Assembly: GCA_031266335.1 (NCBI GenBank)
Contig: JAISBF010000144.1
Coordinates: 1 to 41,845 of the forward strand
DNA from: Verrucomicrobiales bacterium
GTDB lineage: Bacteria; Verrucomicrobiota; Verrucomicrobiia; Methylacidiphilales; JAAUTS01
DNA: 41,845 bases
Direction of reading: 5' to 3'
The number at the start of each line of letters is the position of its first letter. Position 1 is the first letter of the stretch. The notes below the pieces were generated by a model that worked only from the letters and a program-made list of their open reading frames with translations, made no database searches and had not been told where the DNA came from. The position numbers and the translations under genes are program-made. Positions 35,446 through 41,845 of the stretch are shown in pieces.

Positions 35446-36452
35446 AAGAACATCTTGATGAACGCCTTGGCGCGCAGGCTGTCGATCCATTCCTGTTGCA
35501 GGCGCTCGCGCTCCTGTTGCAACAGCAGGTTCTCGATATTGTCGCGCACCTGGGAGAGGGCGATGACCGAGGATTTCTTCACCTCGTCCACCATCAGGAT
35601 GTGATAGCCGTCGTCGGTCGTGATAATCGGGCTGTTCTGGCCGGGGCGCAGCTTGAAGGCCGCGTCGGCCAGCTCCTTGCGCAGCGACGCGGCGGTCACC
35701 CACCCCAGGTCGCCGCCGTTGGCGGCTTGCGCGCCCTGCGAGTAGGACTTGGCCAGGTTGGCGAAGTCCGAGCCGGTGGCCACTTTGTTGAGGATTTCCT
35801 GCATTTGCAGATACTGCGGGTCCACCTCGATTTCCTTGCCGTCGGCGTCCTGGCGCTTCTCCTGGTACAATGCCTTGCGCATGAAGATGTCGCGCAACTT
35901 GACCTGCTCCGGCTGGACGAACTGCTTGATGTTGTCCTGGTAGTACTGCTCGATGTGGTAGGGCGAGACAATCACCGCCGAGTGTACGTGGAGATTGCGC
36001 ATGGATTGCGCGATGAGGCGGTTTTTGGTGAGTTCCTTGAAACTGTCCATGGAGATGCCGCGCGCTTGCAGGGTCTTGACGAACGCGGCGCGGTCCCCGC
36101 CGTAGCGCTCCTTGATGTCATTGGCAATCTGCGCGTCCACCACGTTGGGCGGCATGAAATAGTGGTTGGACTCGAAATCCTGGATAATCAACTGCTGCTC
36201 GATCAACGCCTTCAGCGCCCCGAGCCGCGCCTCCTGGATTTTTTCGTACAGCTCCAGTCCGTTATACAATTGCGCATACTGCTGTTCCTGCGGTTCGACT
36301 TCCTTGCGGATCTCGGAGAGGGTGATGACTTTGTCGTTGACCACGGCGGCCACGCCGTCAGTGACCGGCTGGGCGGCCCGGCACGGCGCCCAGGTCAGCA
36401 GGACGGATGCCAGCGCGGCGCCGGCCGTTAATTTTTTAGCGCGGTAATCCAT
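35442..36452 (-). CDS. surA: SurA-like parvulin peptidyl-prolyl isomerase / chaperone
   Basis: Signal peptide, DGVAAVVNDKVITLSE, FANLAKSYSQG, GGDLGWV and GYHILMV. Lies between mfd and pdxA. Confidence 0.8.
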   Translation of the reverse strand: MDYRAKKLTAGAALASVLLTWAPCRAAQPVTDGVAAVVNDKVITLSEIRKEVEPQEQQYAQLYNGLELYEKIQEARLGALKALIEQQLIIQDFESNHYFMPPNVVDAQIANDIKERYGGDRAAFVKTLQARGISMDSFKELTKNRLIAQSMRNLHVHSAVIVSPYHIEQYYQDNIKQFVQPEQVKLRDIFMRKALYQEKRQDADGKEIEVDPQYLQMQEILNKVATGSDFANLAKSYSQGAQAANGGDLGWVTAASLRKELADAAFKLRPGQNSPIITTDDGYHILMVDEVKKSSVIALSQVRDNIENLLLQQERERLQQEWIDSLRAKAFIKMFF

Positions 36453-39400
36453 TGTTCGATTTCCTGAAGTTTCGCTTTTATTTGGGTTTTGGCAAGCCGC
36501 GGAAATTTGCCGCTTACCATGATGTAATCATTGTTCCTGAACAGCATCAATTTGTTCTCTTTCACTTCCACTCCCGTTATGCCCGCCAGGGCGGCCTGCA
36601 CCCTGACCCGGTGGAACCACAAGAGCGCCTCCACCGCCGCCGGCCAGCGCCCGTAACGGTCCTTCCAGCCGGCCCGCAGGGCGGTCCATTGCGCCAGGCT
36701 TTGCAGTTCCGCCAGCTCGCGGTACGCGGCGATGCGCCAGCGCGCCTCCGTCATGTAAGCGGCCGGCACCTGCGCGCCGTCATCGTCAGTGCCGCCGCCC
36801 ACCGCCAGGAAGTCCAGCCGCAGCCTGACCTCTGGCAACTCATTATGTCGCTCGCCCCGGCAAGAGGCAATCGCTTTTTTTAGCAGGCGGCAATACAAGT
36901 CGAAGCCGACCGCCACGATGTGCCCGCTCTGCGCCGTGCCGAGCAGGTTGCCGGCGCCGCGGATTTCCAGGTCGCGCATGGCGATTTTGAACCCCGCGCC
37001 CAGCTCGGAGTACTGTTGGATGGCCTGCACCCGCTGATTCGCGTCGCCGCTGATCAGGTCGCGCGGCAGCAACAGCAGCGCGTAGGCCCGCGCCTGGCCG
37101 CGGCCGACCCGGCCCCGCAACTGGTACAAGTCCGCCAGCCCGAAGCGGTCGGCGCGGTCGATGATGATGGTGTTGGCGTTGGGAATATCAATGCCGCTCT
37201 CGATGATGGTGGTGGACACCAGCACGTCGGTCTGGCCGCTGACGAACCGGTGCATCACGTCCTCCAGCTGCTCGTCCGCCATCTGCCCGTGGCCGATGTC
37301 AATGCGGGCTTCCGGCGCCAGGCAGCCGATTCTTCTCGCGATGCTGTCAATGCTGGCCACGCGGTTGTGCAGGTAATACACCTGCCCGCCGCGCTGGAGT
37401 TCGCGCCGGATGGCGCTGACGATGAGCCGCTCGTCGTAGGCGCAAACGGTGGTGTCCACCGGCAGCCGGTTCGGCGGCGCGGTCTCGATGCCGCTCATGT
37501 CGCGCGCGCCCATCAGCGAGAAGTACAGGGTGCGCGGAATCGGCGTGGCGGACAACGTCAGCACGTCGATCAGCCGGAAATTCCGCTTGAACGCCTCCTT
37601 CTGCCGCACGCCGAAGCGCTGCTCCTCGTCAATGATCACCAGGCCGAGGTTCTTGAATTTGACATCCTTGGAAATCAGCCGGTGCGTGCCGACCACGATG
37701 TCCAGCTCACCGTCAGCGAGTCGCTGGATGACCTGCCGCTGCCGGCGCGCGGTCTGGAAACGGCTCAACAGGCCGATGTTGACGGGATAATCCGCCATGC
37801 GCTCGCGCAGCGTCTCGTAATGTTGCTGCGCCAGCACGGTGGTCGGCGCCAGGAAGCCGACCTGCTTGCCCGTCGTGGCCGCCTTGAACGCCGCGCGAAT
37901 CGCCACCTCGGTCTTGCCGAAGCCGACGTCGCCGCAAATCAGCCGGTCCATCGGCCGCGGACTCTCCATGTCGCGCTTGGTGTCCTCAATGGCCTGCAAC
38001 TGGTCGGCGGTCGGCCGGTATAGGAACGCCTCCTCGAACTCCCGCTGCCACTCACCGTCAGCGGGGAACGCCGTGCCGGGCAGGCTCTCGCGCTCGGCCT
38101 GGATTTTCAGCAATTCCGTGGCGTAATCCAGCACCGCCTGTTCCGCCTGGCGCTTGGCCCGTTCCCAGCGGTGGCCGCCCAGCGTGTCCAGCGCGGGATG
38201 CCGTTTGCCGACCCCGACGTAGCGCGACACCAGGTAAGCCTGCGCCAGCGGCACATACAGCTTGGCGTCACCGGCGAATTGCAGCGTCAGCATCGACTGC
38301 CGCCGGCCGCGCCGGTCACCGTCAGCGGGCAGCTCGCTCATGCCGCAATACAGCGCGATGCCGTGGTCGGCGTGCACGACGTAATCGCCGTCCCGGATGT
38401 CGGCGAAATCCAGCGGCGCGCGCCCCACCGGCCGCGGCCGGGGCCGCGCCGCGCGGCGCAAGGCGCGCAACGACTGGTAGCGCCCGAAAATCTCCGCGTC
38501 CGTCAGCACCGCGAGCCGTTGCGCCGTCCAGCCGAAGCCGCGCAGCAGCGGGCTTTGGCAAAACTTCACCGGCAGCGCGCCGTCCGCGGCCGCCAGCGCC
38601 AGCCGGCGTTCGCGGCACCATTCCTTGAGCCGCTGCTCCTCGCCCGCGTTGTTGCTGCTGATCCACACCTGCCAGCCGTGGTCAAACCAGTCGCGCAACT
38701 GCTGGGCCAGCAACTGATTCCGGGTTTCCAGCAACACGGGATCCGTCGTGGGCTGGTGCAGGAAATCGTGCTCGAAAAACTCCGCCACCGGCAGCGACTG
38801 CCCGGCGGCGGCGTTCGCGGCCAGGCTCACCGTCAGCGGCGGCGTCGCAAAATACGCCGCCAGCGGCGCCGTCTCCTCCTCCGGCCAGGGCCGGGCGCCC
38901 AGCGCGAGGTGCGCCGCCTCCAGCCGGGCCACCGAGCGTTGCTCCGCCAGCGCGAACTCGCGGATGGAGTCCACCGCGTCGCCGCTCCATTCCATGCGCA
39001 GCGGCGCCATGCCGCTCCACGAGAACACATCGACAATGCCGCCGCGCACCGCGTATTGCCCGCGCTGGCTCACCAGCCCCTCGCGCTGATAGCCGGCGCT
39101 GACGAGGCGCGCCAGGAACTCGGCCCGCGGCAGCGGCTGGCCGCGCCGGATTTCGTAACCTTGTTGCCGCAACGCCGCCGGCGCCGGCCAGCGGCGCTCC
39201 CAGCCCGCCTGGGTGACCAGCAGCAACTGGTTGGCGTTCACCAGCAGCGTCCCCAGCGTGTCCAGCATCTCCGCCTGCGTCTCGGGATCGGCACCGGTGC
39301 CCGCGCCCGCCGCGTCATCCGGCTCGGGCAGCGTCAGCGCGTCGCAACGCCAGGCCGCCAAATCGTTCGCCACCGCCTCCCGCGTCCGCGCGTCCGGCGT

Positions 39401-39556
39401 CAGCGCCACCAGCGGCTCCCCCGCCCGCCGCAGCCGCCAGGCCGCCAGCAACCAGGCTTGCGCGCTCACCGGCAGGCCGCCCAGTGACAGGTTGGCCTCG
39501 TCCTGGAGGAGTGCCGGCAGGGCCGGGTGGTGGAGCAGTTGCGGTAAATTGATCAT
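36428..39556 (-). CDS. mfd: Transcription-repair coupling factor
   Basis: AVRGGIVDVF, GDYVVHADHGI, CGDVGFGKTEVA, IIDEEQRFG, SATPIPRTL, QLRGRVGR and RDLEIRGAGNLLG. Start at ATG 39556. Confidence 0.96.
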   Translation of the reverse strand: MINLPQLLHHPALPALLQDEANLSLGGLPVSAQAWLLAAWRLRRAGEPLVALTPDARTREAVANDLAAWRCDALTLPEPDDAAGAGTGADPETQAEMLDTLGTLLVNANQLLLVTQAGWERRWPAPAALRQQGYEIRRGQPLPRAEFLARLVSAGYQREGLVSQRGQYAVRGGIVDVFSWSGMAPLRMEWSGDAVDSIREFALAEQRSVARLEAAHLALGARPWPEEETAPLAAYFATPPLTVSLAANAAAGQSLPVAEFFEHDFLHQPTTDPVLLETRNQLLAQQLRDWFDHGWQVWISSNNAGEEQRLKEWCRERRLALAAADGALPVKFCQSPLLRGFGWTAQRLAVLTDAEIFGRYQSLRALRRAARPRPRPVGRAPLDFADIRDGDYVVHADHGIALYCGMSELPADGDRRGRRQSMLTLQFAGDAKLYVPLAQAYLVSRYVGVGKRHPALDTLGGHRWERAKRQAEQAVLDYATELLKIQAERESLPGTAFPADGEWQREFEEAFLYRPTADQLQAIEDTKRDMESPRPMDRLICGDVGFGKTEVAIRAAFKAATTGKQVGFLAPTTVLAQQHYETLRERMADYPVNIGLLSRFQTARRQRQVIQRLADGELDIVVGTHRLISKDVKFKNLGLVIIDEEQRFGVRQKEAFKRNFRLIDVLTLSATPIPRTLYFSLMGARDMSGIETAPPNRLPVDTTVCAYDERLIVSAIRRELQRGGQVYYLHNRVASIDSIARRIGCLAPEARIDIGHGQMADEQLEDVMHRFVSGQTDVLVSTTIIESGIDIPNANTIIIDRADRFGLADLYQLRGRVGRGQARAYALLLLPRDLISGDANQRVQAIQQYSELGAGFKIAMRDLEIRGAGNLLGTAQSGHIVAVGFDLYCRLLKKAIASCRGERHNELPEVRLRLDFLAVGGGTDDDGAQVPAAYMTEARWRIAAYRELAELQSLAQWTALRAGWKDRYGRWPAAVEALLWFHRVRVQAALAGITGVEVKENKLMLFRNNDYIMVSGKFPRLAKTQIKAKLQEIEQWITALKN

Positions 39557-39578
39557 GGGTGGTTGATTATTGGGTTGT

Positions 39579-39713
39579 AAATTCAAAATTAAAAATGAAA
39601 AGTGCAAAATTGCAGTTAAAAATTCAAAATTGGATGCAGGATTCCCTGCCGGAGTCGATAGCTGCATTTTGAATTTTGCATGGCAACTTTGCATTTTGCT
39701 TTTTGCGCTTTGA
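39579..39713. repeat. AT-rich palindromic element, family AAAATTC/GCAAAA (copy 1)
   Basis: AAAGTGCAAAATTGCAG..AAAATTCAAAATTGGATGCAG...CGGAGTCGATAGCTGCATTTTGAATTTTG..CTTTGCATTTTGCTTTTTG. Confidence 0.85.
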
Positions 39714-39734
39714 GTTCCTCGGCTAACATCTCCC

Positions 39735-41246
39735 ATGCCCCGAACCCCCCTCTTCCTGGCCGCCATCGCGGCAGTAACAACCTCCCTATTCCTGACCGTC
39801 CCCCAGTTGCAGTTCCGCTGGGACTACCACAACGACGAGCCGACCAAGGTGAACCAAATCCGCGACCGGGCCTGGAACCTGCGCCACCCGCCGCTGATGC
39901 TGGAGCTGGCCGCCGGACTGAGCCGGCTCACCGGGCGCGCCGACCCCCAACAACTCGCCGCCTGCGGGCGGTTGCTGTCGGCGCTGGCCGTCAGCCTGAC
40001 CATCGCCGCCGCCATGTGGCTGGCCGCCTGGCGCGCCGGCACCGCGGCCGGGCTGGGCGCGGGCGCGCTGCTGCTGGCGCAACCGCAATTGTTCGAGGCC
40101 GCCCACTACTTCAAGGAAGACGCGCTGTTCCTGGCCGGCATCATGGCCGTGCTGCTCGCCCTGGCCGGCCGCGAGCGCCAGAAAATATTCAATCTGCAAT
40201 ATAAAATATTCAATTTATTCCTGGCCGTCGCCCTGGCGCTGACCGTTAGCATTAAGTATATCGGTTGGCTCATGCTGCCGCTGGTCGTCTTATGCTGGTG
40301 GCTGGAACGGGGGCCAGCCGGTGACCGGCGGCGGGCTGGTGACCGGCGGCGAGATTGGGTTTGGCCGCTGACCGTGTTCCTGGCGCTGACGCTGGCCGTC
40401 AACGCCCCGTTGCTGGCCGACTGGCACGGCTTTCGCGCGGCGCTGGGCGACGAGTGGTACCGGCTGGGGGCGGGCGACTACGGCCTGGCCGCGGCGCGTC
40501 CGCTGGCGCGCGATTACCTGCTCCTGCTGCTCTGGCGCCTGCCCCCGGCGCTGCTGGTCGGCTGGTTGTGCTACCTGGGGTGTCGGTTGGCGCGTTATCG
40601 CTCGACCGGCGCGGCGGAGTGGGCGTTCCTGGGGACGCCGGTGCTGGCCATGCTGCTGCTGGCGCTGACGGCGAAGTTCTCGGAGCGTTACCTCCTGCCG
40701 GTGGTGGTGTTGATCAGCGTGGCCGGCTGGTACGGGCCGCTGCTGCTGATTGGCGAGTGGGCCGGGGCGCGGCGGCGGCTGGCCGCCGCCGCGCTGCTGG
40801 CGTTCAGCGCGGGCGTAACGTGGGCGGGCCAGTGGCGCGGGATTCACCGGGGCTTCCAACACGACAGCCGGGCCGAGCTGACGGCGTGGATTTGCGCCCG
40901 CCTGCCCGCCGACGCGGTCATCGCCGCGGACACCTACGCCAAGCTCAACCCCTTCGCGCTGCGGGAGCGGGTGTTGTTGGACAATTTCTTCGTGGCGGAC
41001 ATCGGCACGCTAGAGGAACTGCGGCAACTGGGCGTGACGCACCTGGTCATCTCCTACGACGTGTATCACCGCTTCATCGACGGCAGCGTCGCGCCGGCGC
41101 CGAACCAGGCGGAGGACTTTCAACGCCGCCGGCAGTTCTACACCGCCGCCCGCGACCACTTGCGCGTCCTCTGGCAAGACGACAATGCGGACCCCAAGGC
41201 GTTGCATCCGGGGTTGCTGTTGCTGGAGGTGGCTTTGGAAAATTAA
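39735..41246 (+). CDS. Polytopic GT-C (PMT/ArnT-like, lipid-carrier-dependent) glycosyltransferase
   Basis: HNDEP acidic pair after the first TM, then HPPL, AHYFKED, SIKY and ERYLLP. Many TM helices. Confidence 0.7.
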   Translation: MPRTPLFLAAIAAVTTSLFLTVPQLQFRWDYHNDEPTKVNQIRDRAWNLRHPPLMLELAAGLSRLTGRADPQQLAACGRLLSALAVSLTIAAAMWLAAWRAGTAAGLGAGALLLAQPQLFEAAHYFKEDALFLAGIMAVLLALAGRERQKIFNLQYKIFNLFLAVALALTVSIKYIGWLMLPLVVLCWWLERGPAGDRRRAGDRRRDWVWPLTVFLALTLAVNAPLLADWHGFRAALGDEWYRLGAGDYGLAAARPLARDYLLLLLWRLPPALLVGWLCYLGCRLARYRSTGAAEWAFLGTPVLAMLLLALTAKFSERYLLPVVVLISVAGWYGPLLLIGEWAGARRRLAAAALLAFSAGVTWAGQWRGIHRGFQHDSRAELTAWICARLPADAVIAADTYAKLNPFALRERVLLDNFFVADIGTLEELRQLGVTHLVISYDVYHRFIDGSVAPAPNQAEDFQRRRQFYTAARDHLRVLWQDDNADPKALHPGLLLLEVALEN

Positions 41247-41378
41247 AAAAGCAAAAAGCAAAGTGCAAAATTGCAATTCAAAATTCAAAATTGAATGCGG
41301 ACCCCGTCGGAGTCGGTAGCTGCATTTTGAATTTTGAATTGCAATTTTGCACTTTGCTTTTTGCACTTTTAATTTTCC
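41237..41378. repeat. AT-rich palindromic element, family AAAATTC/GCAAAA (copy 2); probable bidirectional terminator
   Basis: Near-perfect arms GGAAAATTAAAA..GCAAAAAGCAAAGTGCAAAATTGCAATTCAAAATTCAAAAT and ATTTTGAATTTTGAATTGCAATTTTGCACTTTGCTTTTTGC..TTTTAATTTTCC. Lies between convergent genes. Confidence 0.9.
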
Positions 41379-41845
41379 CCGTCAACAAACTCACGGTCAG
41401 CGCCGAGCGAGATTTTCGCACCGGCGCGGATGTATAACGGGATGCGGTCCAGCGGGCAGGCCACGTCCAGCCAGCGGCTGCCGCTGACGGTCTCGCCCGT
41501 CCACCAGTCCGTCCAGCCGCCCGGCGGCAGATACACGCGGCGGCGGTCGGCGGCGCTGAAGATGGGCGCGACGAGCAAATCCCGGCCGAATAAAAATTCG
41601 TCCTGGATGTTCCAGGTCGTCGGGTCGTCCTGGAAGTCCAGCACCAGCGGGCGCGCCAGCGGTTGACCACGGTCAGCGGCGTGTTTCGCCTCGGCCAAAA
41701 TGTAGGGCAGCAGCCGGTAGCGCAGTCGCAGAAACTCGCGGCAGATGCGCAGCGTTTCCGGGGCGAATTTGTACAGCTCGCGGTCGCCGACGCCGTGGAT
41801 GCGCGCGTGCGAGAGGAACACGCCGAGTTGCAGCCAGCGGATGAG
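41369..41845 (-). CDS. Glycoside hydrolase family 31 (alpha-xylosidase/glucosidase-like), 3' part only
   Basis: IRWLQLGVFLSHARIHG, LRYRLLPY, PLARPLVLDF, EFLFGRDLLVAP, VYLPPGGWTDWW and IPLYIRAG. The frame is open at the window end. Confidence 0.9.
   Translation of the reverse strand, partial: LIRWLQLGVFLSHARIHGVGDRELYKFAPETLRICREFLRLRYRLLPYILAEAKHAADRGQPLARPLVLDFQDDPTTWNIQDEFLFGRDLLVAPIFSAADRRRVYLPPGGWTDWWTGETVSGSRWLDVACPLDRIPLYIRAGAKISLGADREFVDGEN

Noticed and set aside
39557-39766. N-terminal extensions in the ORF track for mfd (also phoH 32207, ATP-grasp 34226, ftsI 10671, murD 16517, ftsW 18636, tsaB 7678)
   Set aside because: The extensions run through repeat elements or overlap upstream genes. 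Downstream starts fit the protein families and the stop/start overlaps better.
441-41492. The 11-mer as a Chi/KOPS site or an avoided restriction site
   Set aside because: Counts on the two strands are similar (about 43 versus 35), which argues against a polar signal. The motif is enriched rather than depleted. This is provisional until tested genome-wide.
1-41845. tRNA, rRNA, prophage or defence-system genes
   Set aside because: None recognisable. The identified CDSs and repeats account for nearly all of the window.

Overview
This window is high-GC chromosomal DNA, most likely from a member of Verrucomicrobiota. That is an inference from the MurC-MurB fusion, the LysM gene between murD and ftsW, and a PEP-CTERM protein with autotransporter-type beta-strand repeats. 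Gene order: a 1562-aa PEP-CTERM surface protein, a REP-like cluster and an IS5-family remnant. Next, on the minus strand, come glpX, tsaB, tsaE and a TPR protein. A complete dcw operon follows (mraZ rsmH ftsL ftsI murE murF mraY murD LysM ftsW murG murC-murB ddl ftsQ ftsA ftsZ) with a DUF1343/NamZ-like gene attached. Then, on the minus strand, come ybeY, an HDIG phosphohydrolase, phoH, an ATP-grasp-like protein, pdxA, a SurA-like PPIase and mfd. The window ends with a GT-C glycosyltransferase and the 3' end of a GH31 gene. The strongest unexplained signal is a non-palindromic 11-bp motif, CGCTGACRNTG (reverse complement CANYGTCAGCG). I counted about 78 exact copies by hand across both strands, against less than 1 expected from base composition. 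It occurs in several reading frames and forces rare codons, so it behaves like a DNA uptake sequence or a HIP1-type iterated motif. Most intergenic gaps outside the dcw operon also carry a palindromic or tandem repeat element, from several unrelated families.
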